Source of the DNA: Cyanophora paradoxa CCMP329
Lineage: Eukaryota; Plantae; Glaucophyta
Assembly: GCA_004431415.1 (NCBI GenBank)
Contig: QPMI01000027.1
Coordinates: 44,153-108,152, forward strand
Reading direction: 5' to 3'
Length of the DNA stretch: 64,000 nucleotides
How positions within the stretch are numbered: the first letter of the stretch is position 1; the number at the start of each line of letters is the position of its first letter. Under the pieces are notes generated by a model. The model saw only the letters and a program-made list of their open reading frames with translations. It did no database searches and was not told the DNA's origin. Position numbers and translations under genes: made by a program. Shown here one piece after another: positions 21,215 through 34,600 of the stretch.

Positions 21215-22638
21215 AACGGAACAGGGACACTGCTGTCGCAGTGGCCCTGTTGGAGGGGAAGGACCTCTAAGTTCTGAGCAGGAAAGGGCAGGTTTAGGTT
21301 ACAATTAAGAAGTAGAGTCTGGATCACTAGCTATAGCAGACCGCGGGGGGGGGGGGGGGGGGGGGGCGAACCTGGACTCGACGAAGCTGAAGCATCCGGC
21401 GGCCGCGGGGCGGCGAAGCTGAAGTAGCCGGCGCGGCGGGCGAGAAAGCGGGCGGAGCGGCAGGTGGCGTCGGGCCCTGCGCATAGCCTGCGCAAGGCCC
21501 TGAGGCCGAGGCCTCAGCTCGCGCCAGACAGCGGCCGGGCGGCGCGGGGGCGGGGCCCAGCGGCAGCGGCCGGGTGAGATGCGTAGCATGCGCAGCAGCG
21601 GCGGGGCGAACCTGGAGTCGACGAAGCTGAGGCGGCGCGCGGGGCGGCGGCCGCGGGCGGGGAAGTCGATCGAAGCGGGTGGAGCGGCAGGGCCGAGGCG
21701 TCAGCGCGCCCTGGAGAGCGGCGGCGCGGGGTCGAGGCCCAGCCCGGCGCGGTGTACTAGGAGCAGTTGCGAATACTGCGACGCAGCTGCAGCCACCATC
21801 TCGGGTCGCTGGCCGCGCGCGCGCGGGTCAAGACGCGCGGGTCAAGACACGCACTCGCGGCGCTTGAAGGGCTAGAAAACGCCGAGCAGGAGTCTAGATG
21901 TGCTTGAACCGGAGTCCGTCAGATACCGAAACGCGGCGCGGGCGCGCGAAGTGCTTCCGGATGCTAGCTAGAGCAGAGCTGAACTTCGCTTGCTCAATCC
22001 GCCAGGCGGCGCCATGCAAACAAGGCTACGCGCACGCTCTCGGCGCAAGGCTCGATGCGAGTCGGGAGCCGATGCGCAGCCCCGGCTGTGTCCGCACGGC
22101 GTCGAGCAGAGCTGAACTTCGCTTTCGGATATGTCAGGCGGCAGGTCCGCACCGCGCCCTCGTCCGCCTCGGCGCGCCATGGCAAGAACGTAGTACTGCG
22201 TACCCAGCAATCGGCTCCCGACTCGCAGGAGCTCTTTTTTCCGGCGTCCGGTACAACAGGTACTTGAGGCGGCCTAGCGGGCCACCCTGTGCTCCTCCGG
22301 TCTCGGCTTGTATGAGATGAATTGTCGGGCTCATTACGCGCATGCAGGCGCACTTGGTCCGGCAGATATACCGCCACTTGGTGAGGCGCTAGATTGCATT
22401 TTGTGAAAATGTGTTATTCCCCATTCCTGGTCGACCCGACGGGACCCGGATCTCCCGGAACATGTTTCCGGACTTCTAGGGGCATGCCTTGCTAGGATCC
22501 GGCGAGACATCCCGGGTTTTGGGAGGTCGGGACATTTCATTTTGGCCTAGGGTGGGCACCCGAACACCCCCAAGTGGGGGAAGGGGAAGGGGGTCCTTCC
22601 CCAACAAGTGGGGGAAGGGGAAGGGGGTCCTTCCCCAA
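21215..22638 (-). mobile_element. Non-autonomous Helentron/Helitron2-like element, family member 1
   Basis: Minus-strand 5' end TTGGGGAAGGACC forms a hairpin (terminal 34 bp duplicated: 22571-22604, 22605-22638). A subterminal inverted copy GGGGAAGGACC (21255-21265) lies next to a 14-bp-stem hairpin (21220-21251). The 5' region resembles 24500-24704. No TSD. Confidence 0.6.
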
Positions 22639-22960
22639 TTATTTCTGATCCACTCATGATCACGATCAAGCTCTGTGGCGACAGATTAATCTGATCATAA
22701 TGGTGGGCGCTCCGAGCCTCGGAGGCATGCGCATGCGCACTGGGGGCGAGCGATCCTGTTGTCGATGGGTATCCCTTCGAAACATCCCTTGGGTATCCCT
22801 AGGCCTCCTATGCGTGCTGTAGGCGAATCAATCGCGAGGTAGAAATACGGCCCTTCAACTCTTGCAGCGCTAGCCAACAATGCTTCCGCTTGCGATTGTC
22901 CTTGCATCAACTCTTGCAGCCAACAATGCTTGTGCTTGCGATTGTCCTTGCATGCATATA

Positions 22961-25510
22961 AAAGGGCCACTGACTTGCCGCGCGCGTCAGTTGGGTCCGG
23001 GGAAGGGCATTTAACCTCGGCGAATCCAAGATCTAGATGCGCGCATGCAGAGGGCAGCTGCAGGGACTTAAACTAGCGCTTAATTAAGCTTAAGAAGGCG
23101 CGCGCACGGTGGCCGGCCGCGGGCGAGCCGCTGGGCCGGCTCCGGCTGAGGCTGGCCATGCCAGGCGAGCTCAGCGGCTGCAGCTGTCCTCGCGATCGAG
23201 GCGAGCTGTCCTCTTAGAGGTAGGCCTCATGATCGGGGCCTAGCGAGCTAGCTCTAGCTATGTAAGGCGCGGGCCTTGAGAAGGGGGAGGGAACCTTGTC
23301 TGGCCATGGACGTGCTCCAGCTCCTGCAGCTGCCAGGCTGCGCATGCCCCGTGGCCGTCGCGCGCGGAGGCGTGGCGGGTGCACGAGTGCGCATGTGCTG
23401 CGGGTGCACGTGCGTCACGGCGTGGCTACAAAAGGGCCACTGACTTGCCGCGCGCGTCAGTTGGGTCCGGGGAAGGGCATTTAACCTCGGCGAATCCAAG
23501 ATCTAGATGCGCGCATGCAGAGGGCAGCTGCAGGGACTTAAACTAGCGCTTAATTAAGCTTAAGAAGGCGCGCGCACGGTGGCCGGGCGAGCCGCTGGGC
23601 CGGCTCCGGCTGAGGCTGGCCATGCCAGGCGAGCTCAGCGGCTGCAGCTGTCCTCGCGATCGAGGCGAGCTGTCCTCTTAGAGGTAGGCCTCATGATCGG
23701 GGCCTAGCGAGCTAGCTCTAGCTATGTAAGGCGCGGGCCTTGAGAAGGGGGAGGGAACCTTGTCTGGCCATGGCCATGGACGTGCTCCAGCTCCTGCAGC
23801 TGCCAGGCTGCGCATGCCCCGTGGCCGTCGCGCGCGGAGGCGTGGCGGGTGCACGAGTGCGCATGTGCTGCGGGTGCACGTGCGTCACGGCGTGGCTACA
23901 TAGCTAGCTATAGGGGCTGGCCGGCGCCTCGGCCTCCGCGCGATCTGGGCGCGGGCACGGGGACGCTGCTCAAGCTCACGTTCCGCTCAAAAAGCGGCGC
24001 AGCGGGCCAGCTCATGATCAGCGGCGCCGGCTGCATGCGCAGCAGGCATGCGCATCGCGCGCGCGCGGGGGCTCTGCGTCGCGCAGCACGCGCGCCGCGC
24101 TGGCATCGGCTTGTTGGAAGTGGCATAGCCCGCCAAGTGCGGCCGGCTTGCGGCCGGCTTGTGCAATTGCGTCGGGGCGCGGTTGGCGCGGGTGAAGCGT
24201 GCGCGGCTGGCGCGGCTAGCCGCTGAGCCACAGCAAGCTGCCGCGCGGGCGAGAGGCGTAACCATTGTTGAGCCGAGCCGAGCTGCGGCGCCCGGGGAGA
24301 AAGCGGCCGGGGGTACTTTAAGAGGTTTTCTCAGGGTAAGTTCGCACTCTCCAATGTGATTGGCTAGCGCGCGCGGCGTCCTCCCACGCGACCGCGTTCG
24401 CGCCCGGCCTCGCTCTCGCAGTACGGAATGTCGAACATGATGCGCGCAACGACCTCGAACTGGTCTGGCCCGTATATCTGCTCCCTGTGCGTCGCTGGAC
24501 CCATTTTTGTCCCGGGTGTTGGTGCCTGTTCCTGGATCACCCTTTGGTCGGACGGGACCGGGAGACATGGTTTCGGGGTCCCCTGGGGATGCGCTTTCAG
24601 GGTGTACCGCGCGGCCCCGGTTTTGCGGAGGTCGGGGAAATGGGATTTGGGGTAGGGTTGGACCCAAGGGACAGGGACAGGGGAAGTGTTTTACCCTTCC
24701 CCAATAGCTAGCTATAGGGGCTGGCCGGCGCCTCGGCCTCCGCGCGATCTGGGCGCGGGCACGGGGACGCTGCTCAAGCTCACGTTCCGCTCAAAAAGCG
24801 GCGCAGCGGGCCAGCTCATGATCAGCGGCGCCGGCTGCATGCGCAGCAGGCATGCGCATCGCGCGCGCGCGGGGGCTCTGCGTCGCGCAGCACGCGCGCC
24901 GCGCTGGCATCGGCTTGTTGGAAGTGGCATAGCCCGCCAAGTGCGGCCGGCTTGCGGCCGGCTTGTGCAATTGCGTCGGGGCGCGGTTGGCGCGGGTGAA
25001 GCGTGCGCGGCTGGCGCGGCTAGCCGCTGAGCCACAGCAAGCTGCCGCGCGGGCGAGAGGCGTAACCATTGTTGAGCCGAGCCGAGCTGCGGCGCCCGGG
25101 GGAGAAAGCGGCCGGGGGGTACTTTAAGAGGTTTTCTCAGGGTAAGTTCGCACTCTCCAATGTGATTGGCTAGCGCGCGCGGCGTCCTCCCACGCGACCG
25201 CGTTCGCGCCCGGCCTCGCTCTCGCAGTACGGAATGTCGAACATGATGCGCGCAACGACCTCGAACTGGTCTGGCCCGTATATCTGCTCCCTGTGCGTCG
25301 CTGGACCCATTTTTGTCCCGGGTGTTGGTGCCTGTTCCTGGATCACCCTTTGGTCGGACGGGACCGGGAGACATGGTTTCGGGGTCCCCTGGGGATGCGC
25401 TTTCAGGGTGTACCGCGCGGCCCCGGTTTTGCGGAGGTCGGGGAAATGGGATTTGGGGTAGGGTTGGACCCAAGGGACAGGGACAGGGGAAGTGTTTTAC
25501 CCTTCCCCAA
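22961..25510 (-). mobile_element. Helentron/Helitron2-like element (1274 bp, 23431-24704) nested inside a near-identical copy of itself
   Basis: A-A-B-B structure (A 470 bp: 22961-23430, 23431-23900; B ~805 bp: 23901-24704, 24705-25510). Minus-strand 5' hairpin TTGGGGAAG, subterminal GGGGAAGGG plus hairpin at the other end. Both insertions lie between A and T with no TSD. Confidence 0.7.
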
Positions 25511-25697
25511 TGAATTGAATGCTATTGATCATGATACCGCCCATGAATTGCCACCGCCTAACCTAACATCATCGGACGGCCCCGGCCCCCCGAGGTCGGG
25601 ATATCTTCAACCCGTCTTGCAGTCGACGTCGCTATTTGACTTCCAATGCCCGGCAGCATGCAGCGGCCCGGCCTCGAGCTCGCGATCGGTCCTATAG

Positions 25698-28600
25698 CTA
25701 CTGGACATGCGCGACCTCGGGCTCCGCGGCGGCTGCCTGCGGAGGGGGTCGTCGCTGGGGGCGGGGGCGGGGCGGGGCGGGGCCGGGGCACCTCGCGGGC
25801 CTGCGCGAGGTACCTGGCCGCGCGCTGCCGCATGCGCTCGACCAGCTGCGCCACCAGGCTGCGGCGGGGGCTCGGCAGGGCGAGGGGCACGCCCCCAGCG
25901 GCGAGGGCGGCGCGCCTGCAGACTTCGTCGGTGCCCGGGGGATCTCTGCCCCACCTGCTTGGCCACCGCCAGCAGCTGCTCCGTGACCTGCCGCCCCCGC
26001 CCCGCGCCGCGGCAGGTGAGCCGGGCGGGCGCGGGGCGGCGGGGGCGGCGGGGCGGCGGGCGGGCCTGGAGGGTGTTCTTCGCGAGGTCGAGCATGCGGG
26101 CGAGGTCGGGCCACACGGCGCTGTCCCCCTCCGTCGCCTCCGCCTCGTACGCCCTGCCCCGGCCCCGCCCGCTCGGCGACGCGAACATATACACCCACAG
26201 AAGCGAGATCCGCGGACTCCAGGGGCTCGCAGAAGGGGGGGGGGGGGGGGGGGGGGGGGGGAGGGAGGAGGAGGAGGAGGAGGAGCGCACGTGCAGCGGG
26301 CCTCCTCGATCTGGCACTGGATGCGGATGAGCAGCAGCTCGTGGATCACCCGCGAGTCCTGCGCCTCCTGCCGCCCCGCCCGCCCCGCCCCGCCGGCGTC
26401 GGAGGGAGCATGCAGCGGGGGCCGGCTCCGGCGGGGCGGGACCTGCGCCCGCTCGAGGTCCTTCTCCGTGACGTTCGCCCTCTGCCGGCCCGCCGCGTCA
26501 GCGCGCCCCCGCCGCAGCGATCGCGTCGAGGCGCGGGCGGATCCAGGCCGAGGGCGCCCCGAGGCCTCTTCGCGGGGACAGGCGCATGGCAAGGCGGCCG
26601 ACGGCGAATCTCTAGGAAGCGCCCCCGTGCACGTAGAAGGGAGGCGGGGCAGATGAAAGGCAGGCGGGGCGGGCTAGGTCTGGCGTGCGGAGGCGGGGAG
26701 GCGGGGGCGGGCGGGGCGGGCCTCGGCCTGGGAGCGGATGGCGGCGACGTCCTCGCGGTACCGCTGCCGCTCGTCCCGCGACACGTTCCCCACCTGCGGC
26801 GCGGGGGTCGGCGGCGCGGCGGAGGCGAGCGGGGCGGAGGGGCGCGCGTTGGCGCGGCGGAGCTCGAGGGCGGCGACGCGCTCGTAGACGTCGGTGATCT
26901 GCGGGGGCCTCGGGCGCGGGAGAGGAGGGGCGGGGCGAGGGGGCGGGGCGGGCGGACGCGGTCGCGGAGGGAGTCGACGTCGTCGAGGAGCGGCTCGTCC
27001 CCGCCCCCGCCCTCCCCCTGCGGCCCCAGCGGCGCCAGCATGTGCGCCCGGTCCCCGAACCCGCCCCGCGCCCCCGACCGCCGCGCCTGCACCGCGGGGC
27101 TCGAGCGGGGGCAGGGGCGGCGGCGGGGCGAAGAGAGGGCACGGCGCACGCGCTCGACGACCTCCTCGTGGTGCCTGTGGAGGCACTCGAGGAACTCCGC
27201 CTCCGCCTCCGCCCCCGCCCGCTCCTCCTCGCCCCCTTGCGCGGGCGGCGCCGGGCTCGCGCTCGAGCCGGCGCCGCCGGGCCCCGCGCCCTCGCCGCGG
27301 CGGCTGCGGAGGCGGCGCTGTATGCGGCGCCAGGTGTCGGGGAGCCAGCTCCACTCCTTCAGCAGCACGCGGTGCGCGAAGTTCTGCGCCCGCCCGCCCC
27401 GCCCGCCCGTCAGCAGCGCCGAGCCCGAGGCCGAGCGCTCGAAGCGAGCTCAAGCTCGTCGGACAAAGCAGGGGAGAGGGGCGGGGGGCGGGGGCGGGCG
27501 CACGGCCTTGGTGTCGACGCCGCAGGGGCAGCTGAGGCCGGCGCCGTGGCTGCGCTTGATGCGGAAGCCGCGCGCCGCGAACTCCACCGCCAGCAGCGCC
27601 TGCGCGCCCCTGCCCCGTCGCCCACCCACCTCCGAGGCCGAAGCCGGTGCGATCTTTTGAGCGCGGCCCGACTTCTGCTTGAGGGCGTCGGAGGGGGCGG
27701 CGCACGTCGCCCACGCGGAGGAGGTTGTTCTCCCCCGAGTACTCGTCCCCCGCCCCGCTGATGCTGCGCCCGCCCCCGCCCCGTCACACCGCGCCGCCTC
27801 GCTCGCTCGCTCGCTCGCCCGTCAACGGGCGCGCGGGGTCTCGCAGAAGCGCGGGGCCCCCCGGGCACCTGATGAAGCCCTCGGAGGACTGGAGGCCGCG
27901 CACGAAGGCCGGCTCCAGCGGCAGCGTCTGCTCCCCCGCCCCGCCCGCCTCGGCGCGAGGCGCGGGCGGGGCGGGGCGGGCCCGGGGCGGGGCGCGCCTG
28001 CATGCCGAGGTAGCGCGAGGCGCCGTGCTCGACCTTCTTGCGCGTCTGCCGCCGCCGCTCGCGGTGAGCGGCGTCTCGGCGAGGCCGCGGGGCGGGCGGG
28101 GCGGGCGCCTCGGAGAGGGCCTTGAGGGAGGCGCCGGGGAGGGCGAAGTAGAGGTGCGCCGTGAGCAGGAACTTCCTGCGCCGCCCGCCCCGCCCCGCCC
28201 CGCCCGTCAGGGGCCGCCGGCGGGGGCCCCTGGAGGGGGAGGGGCCGGGGGGCACCGGACGCCGTCCCCGAGGAAGACGAGCCGCCCGTGGTGGAAGCGC
28301 CCGTCCCCCTGCGCCCGCCCCGCCCCTCAGCCCCGCCCCGCCCACCCCAGCAGAAGACGCCGGACCGCCCACGGCCGAGCGAGGCGGCTCTCCGTCTCGG
28401 TCTAGCGGGGGCGGGGGCGGGGGCGGCGGGCCTCGAAGCGGAGGGCGGCGGTGAGCCAGTCGGCGTGGGGCCCGGGGCCGGCGGGGAAGCCGAGGTCCTC
28501 GGCGAGCTCCTCCAGCGCCCGACGCAGCATCGGCTCCTGCCGCTCTCCCGCCCCTGCCCCGCCGTCCCCGCACCCTTGACCCGGCTCGCCTCGGCGGGGG

Positions 28601-31600
28601 TGTGTGTGGAGGGGTTGCCGCACGCGGCGCGTTGCAGCGCTCCAGGCGCCCGCCGCCCTGCTTCGAGATGCGCTCCCAGATCCCCGGGCGGTACTGCTGC
28701 AGCCCCTGAGCGGGCCGGGGCCCGGGGTGAGGGGGCGGCGAGCGCGCAGGGGGCCCCTCCCTCGGCGGGGCCCCCCAACCGACCTGCTCGAGGATGAAGT
28801 GTGTGACGAAGGTCGCGGCGTCCATGAGCCCTTTCCTCTCCTTCAGGAAGAGGGCCCCTGCCGCCCGCCCCGCCGCAGAGCCCGCGGCGTCAGAGGGCGC
28901 GGGGGCGGCCGGCCGGGGGGCGGCGCACCGATGACGGCCTCGACGGCGTCGCCCAGCATGGCGTCGCCCTCGGCCAGGCGCTCCGTGTTCCGCAGCAGCG
29001 CCCGCCGCACCCCGAGCCGCTCCGCCAGCTGCCGCCCCGCGGGCGTCGAGGGGCGGGCGGGGGGCGGCGGGGGCGGGCGGGGCGGACGGTGCAGAGGGGG
29101 TCGTTGGAGACGAGGGCGTCGCGCAGGTCGAGCAGCTCGAGCCCCGAGAGCTCCTGGCGGGGCCCGTCGGAGGCCGCTCGGGGTCGGGCGGCGGGGGCGG
29201 GGGCGCACGGGGAGCCAGAGGAAGAGCTTGGAGCGGGCGACGAGCTCCAGCACGGCGTCCCCCAGGTGCTCCAGCCCTGCCCCCCCGCCCCCCCGCCTCA
29301 CCCCGCGCCGCCCCTCCCATCCCATCCCTTCCCCCTCCGATGGAAGCGAGCGCTCTAGGCTCGTGCGCGCTCGCTGCGGGCGTGGATGACGGGGCGCACG
29401 CTCGTTGTCGGGGAGGCCGCGGGGGGCCATCGAGGCGTGGGTGAGGGCCTGCCGCAGCAGCGGGATCTCGTTGATCGCGAAGCGGTCCGCCCCCATCACC
29501 CGCTGCGCCCCGGCCGCGCCCCGCCCGTGAGCCGCCCGGCCGGCGCGCGGGGCCGAAGAGGAGGAGGGGGCGGGCGCCTGGACGTTGGAGACGAAGCCGG
29601 CGACGCCGGCCTCCCAGAAGACCAGCGGGAGCGCCTCCGCCAGCCGCTGCCCGAACAGGAACATCCCGCCTGCGCGCGCGCCCCGCGACGCCCCGTCAGC
29701 GCCCCTTCCGCGCGCCACCCTGTCCACTTCGAAGCGTCAGTTTCGTTGGGCTTGCTAGCACTAGCTCAGGTTCGTTGTGTGAACGTTGCGTCGTGTGAAC
29801 GTCGCGACGTGTGAGCGGCGGGAGGGGCCGGCTCGGGAGGGGCGCAGCGCACTCGTCGCTGCAGTGGGGACCACGAGCTCTGGGAAGGCATCCGCGTGAG
29901 CGGCACCGGCGTCAAAGCGGGCGGCGGCGGGCGGGGGAGGGGGCGGGGCGGGGCGGGGGCAGACCGGGGACGACGTAGTTGACGGCGTAGCCCTCGGGGG
30001 CCTCGTCGGGGCGCGCGTTGGGCGCCGCCTTCACCATGAAGGCCAGCGGCGGCAGTTCCGCGTACTCCAGCGCCCGCGCACGGCTCCTGTACCACTCCGC
30101 GACTGCCCCCCCGCTCGCGTGGCTCTGGCGGGGCGGGGCGGCGCGAGGGGCACGCACAGGTCGGCGGCGCGGAGCTGGAGTGCGCGAGCCCGGGCTTGAG
30201 CTGCGCCGGGGGGGGAGGAGGGGCCTCAGGGCGGCCCAGGGCGCGGCGAAGGGCGGCGGCTCGCCCTGAGCCAGGCCGGCGGCACGCGTTTCCTCGACGC
30301 CGGCTCGAGCAGGGCGCGCGTCACGGGGACCCTGCGAGGCCGGGGCTCGTGCGGAGCGGGGCCGGCTGCGCTGCGCGGGGCGCGCGCGGGCGCACAGGGA
30401 CATCGCGTCGTTGCTCAGGGGCACGACGGCGTGCCCGTGGCCGTCCGCCGGCGGCTCCGGCGCCGGCCGCCCCTGCACCCGTCGGCGTGAGGCCGGCGCG
30501 CAGGACGGAGAGAGGAGGGAGCGATGGGCGCTCGGGCGTCGAGAGCGCAGAGCGGGGGGATGTGGAGGGCGGGCGGACCTTGACGCAGACGCGGTCGTCC
30601 ACCGCCGACGGGCTGCGGGGAGGGGGCGCCGGCCGTGAGCGGGGCGGGGGCTGGGGTGGGGCTAGCGGGGCCGGGGCCGCACTCGGTGCGGACGAGCTCG
30701 GCGGCGGTGCGGTCGGAGCGGTACGCGAGCATCAGGGCGAGCGCCTCGAAGTCGACCTCCTCCTCCCGGCCCCTGCCCGCCGAGCCGCGCACCGTGAGGG
30801 CGCCCCGAGGGAGTGCGCCGCGAGGCGGCGCGCGCGGGGCGCACCGGAAGGCCGGGACGACAAAGCACGGCTCCTTGTCCGGCGTCGTCGTCGGGAAGGG
30901 CGGCAGCGGCCGCGGGGCCTTCGCCCCGCAGAACTTGCGCTGCGCCGCGCCGCCCGCCCCGATCCGCCGCGCTGCTCGGGGCGGCAGGTGCGCGGGGGGC
31001 GGACCTGGAAGTCGGAGAGGACGCGGATCTGCTCGGGGGAGAAGAGCAGGCGGTGGCCCGCCTCCGCTTGCTGCGCCCCACCCGCTCGCCTCGAGGAGTG
31101 GCGCGGGAGCGGGCGGGCGCGGGCGAACGTGGACGGTAATGCGCGTCGGCTGGCGCGGCGCGTCCCACCGGGAGTCCTGCAGCTGCGCACGCGCATCAGG
31201 CGCACGGCGGACGGCCAGGGGCAGGCGGCCCCTCTACGCTCCAAGCTGGCCCTCCTAGGCCTGCCGGCAGGGCGGCCCGGGTGCTGGGGAGGGGCGGGGA
31301 GGGCAGGGCGGACCAGGACGTCGCGGGTGATGGTGAGGCGGGTGGCCGCCAGCAGGTGGAACCCCACAAAGGCCCGGCTGCCCCGCCCCCTCCCCGTCAG
31401 TGCACTCCCCCGCAAGCACCGGAGTGCGCCTTGTGTTCTTCGTGCACTGCGGGGAGGGCGCGGGGCGGGGGGCACCTCCCGAGGTGCTCGTGGAAGCGCT
31501 CCTCGACGGGCGGGTCGAACTCGACGCGGTGCAGGTACAGCGGCTGCCGCCGCGCGCGAGCTGGTCACGCGAGCGGCGGCCCCGACGGGCGGGCCCCGGC

Positions 31601-34600
31601 CGCACCTTCCCGCCCAGCGCCGGCCCCGGGGGCGCCGCCGTCTCTGTCCTCGCCTTCTTGCGCGCCGGCGGCGGCCCGCCGGCGCCCCGCGGCCGGCCGG
31701 CTTCGGCCTCGCCTGCGCCGGCTCGGGCGCCGCCAGGCGCTCCAGCAGCTCCTCCGGCGTCCGCGCCGGCGGCCGCTCCCGCCCGGCGCCGCCGCCTCCG
31801 AGCCGGCCGGCTCCGCGGCGGCCTCCTCCGAGCCCAGGCCGTCCCCCATCTCGACGTCGGGGCCCAGCCGGCGCCCGGCCCCTCCTCCTCATCGACCTCC
31901 TCGTCGCCGCTCGCCCCGCCCCGCCCCTCGAACTCCTCCTCCTCCTCCCGCCTCCGCCGCTTGCGGGCGGCGGGGGCCTCGGGGGCCCCGGCTCGCGCGG
32001 CGGCCTCCTTCGCCTCGGCCTCTTCGGCGGCGATGATGGCGTCCCGCTGCGCAATCCTCGCCGGGTCCACAGCTGCGTTCCGCCCGAAGTACCGCCCCTG
32101 CCCCGCCGCCCGCGCCTGCGCCCCCGCCCCCGCCCCCGCGTCAGCAACGGCGCTCGAGTGCGGCGAGGGCGGGCGCACCCGGTTGGGCCGGTCGCGGAGG
32201 GGGCGCGCGAGGATCTCGTCCCGGCGGGCGAGGAGGCCCAGCACGGGCGCCGGCGCCGGACCCGGCGCAGGCGGGCCGACCGCCCTTGTCCCGCCCCGCC
32301 GGCGCCGGCGGGGCCGCGGCGCTGTCGCCCTCGGGGCAGGTGCCTCCTGTGGAGATTCGCCCTGCGGGCGGCGGGGCGGGGGGAGGGCGGGGGAGCGGGG
32401 CGCGGGAGCGACGTGGCGCTCAGGTGCTTCAGAAACGCCATCGCCTGCGGGGCACAGGGTCAGGCGAGGGGCGGCTCGGGGTGGGCAGGAAGCCCCTCGC
32501 CTTGCTGGAGATCTTGAAAGGAAGCGGCGCCGCCGCAGCGGTCCCTGCGGGGGCCACTGACCGCCCCGCCAGAGGCAGGCCGGCGGCGGAGGGCGGCGCG
32601 AGGGCTGCCGGCGCTTCGGGAGTCGAGGCGGGAGCCGTGGAGTCCGTCGAGCTGGCCTCGAGCGGCCCGTTGGCCGCCGCCGGCCCGCGCGCTGCCGGCG
32701 CGCCCGTCGCAGCGGCCGGCAGCGGCGCTCTCCGCTCTACTGGCTCGGAGGCAGGCGCGCCTGCGGCAACGGCTGGTGCGGCGGCAGTGGCGCCCATTGC
32801 CGGCCCATCTGACGGCGGGATTGAAGGCGGTGGAGCTTGAGGCTCAGGCGAGCGTGGCGAGCGTGCGTCAGCGGGGGCCGGGGCCGAGCGAGGGGCCACG
32901 CGAGCCTCGGGGGCGGGAGAGGAGCCGGAGGCGGGGGCGGGCGGCGCCGGGGAGGACGAGGAGGGAGGCGAGTGCCGTCTGGACTTCTTCGCAGCCGCCC
33001 CCACCTCGTCGTCGTCGGAGGAGGATTCGGGCGGGGGGGCCGCTGAAGGCGCCCCCGGGGGAGGCGACGGGCGCCCCGAGGCCGCCGGCGGGGCGGGGCG
33101 GCGAGGGGACGGAGGTAGGGCCCCCTCCTCTTCCGAGGACTCGTCTTGCAGAGCTGCTGCGGGCGGCGGGGGCCGTCAGACCGACCGCAAGAAGGTAGGC
33201 TCAGAGAAGGGGGCGGGGCCCCGGCCGGCGCGCACCGCCCGGGCGATCCGCCTCGCGCGGGGCGCCCTCGCCCCGCCCCTGCTCCTCGCCCCTTTGCTGC
33301 TCGCCCTCGCCCTCGCCCTCGGAGTCCGAGGAGGGGGGCGTGACGGGGGAGCGCGGGGGCGAGCGCGGGGGCGAGGGGTCGTCCCGCGGGGAGGCGCCGC
33401 CCCAGTCGTCCTCCCCGAGGCCCTCGCCCCAGTCCGACATCGCCCGGGGGCGCCCGGCGTGCTCCCCCTCGTCGTCGGAGATGACGACCGCGACGCTCCC
33501 CTCGAACATCTCCTCCATGAAGTCCTGCGCCCGCGCCCCGTCACCCCGCCCCGCCCAGCTGCTTCTCCAAGATGCGGGGGCGCGCACCTCGTCGAGCTCG
33601 AGGTGGGAGCGAAAGCCGGCGCGGGGGGCCGAGCCGGGGCGCGACTCCTCCGAGGAGCGCCGCTGGGGCGCGGGGTGCGAGGAGGAGCCGGGGGAGGGCG
33701 GCGGCAGGGGCAGGGGCGCGTTGGAGGAGGCCGACGAGCGGGGGGAAGGGGAGGGCGACGGCGAGGAGGAGCGCCGCCCGCGCTGCGAGGCCCGCTTTGG
33801 CGTCGGCCCCGAGGGGGAAGAGGCGGCGGCCGACGGGGGCCCCATGGCTGCCGACGAGGAGGAGGAGGAGCGGGGGGAGAAGAGGGCGCCGGGGGGCTTG
33901 GAGGCCGCGGCCGGGGCCGGGGGAGGCGCGGGGAGGGTCCCCTGGGAGGGGGCGACGAGCAGGCGCGTCCCCGACACGTACTCGACCTGGCGGGGGGCGT
34001 GAGAGAGGTGGGGGGGGGAGAAGAGGGAGGGGACGCTCCGGCCCCGGCACCTTCTTGATGACGACCTTGACGTCCTGAAGGGGGTCGTCTGGGCGGGGCG
34101 GAGGAGTGAGCGGGGGAGGGGAGAGGAGGGGAGGCGGGGGCGGCGGGGGGCACCGGGGGTCCAGCCGCGGGCGGCGATTCGGGAGCGGTACTCGAGGCGC
34201 TCGCGCTCCCGGCGCTCCGCCTCCTCCGCCGCCTCCTCCTCGTCCCCCAGCGCGTCCTGCCCCGCCCCCGCCCCTCAGACGCAGCCCCGCGCAGCCCAGC
34301 AGCACGCGCCGCCGCTGCGGCGCGCTTCGAAGCGGAGGGGGCGCGGGCGGGGGCACCGAGGGGCGGGCGGGGGCGGGGCGGGGGCGGAGTCGTCGCCGAG
34401 GGGGCCGGCGAGGGCGGTGCGGTAAAGGACGGGGCGGGCCCCCTCCAGCGCCTCCGGGGGGACCGACGGGCCCGCCCCCCGGTCGATCACGAAGCCCGGC
34501 GACTCCTCCGCCCCCGCCGCCCCGCCCTCGCCCGGCGCCGAGGCAGACGCCGCGGCCGGCGCAGGCGCGTCGCCCTCGGGGGTCGGTGGGCGGGTTGCGA

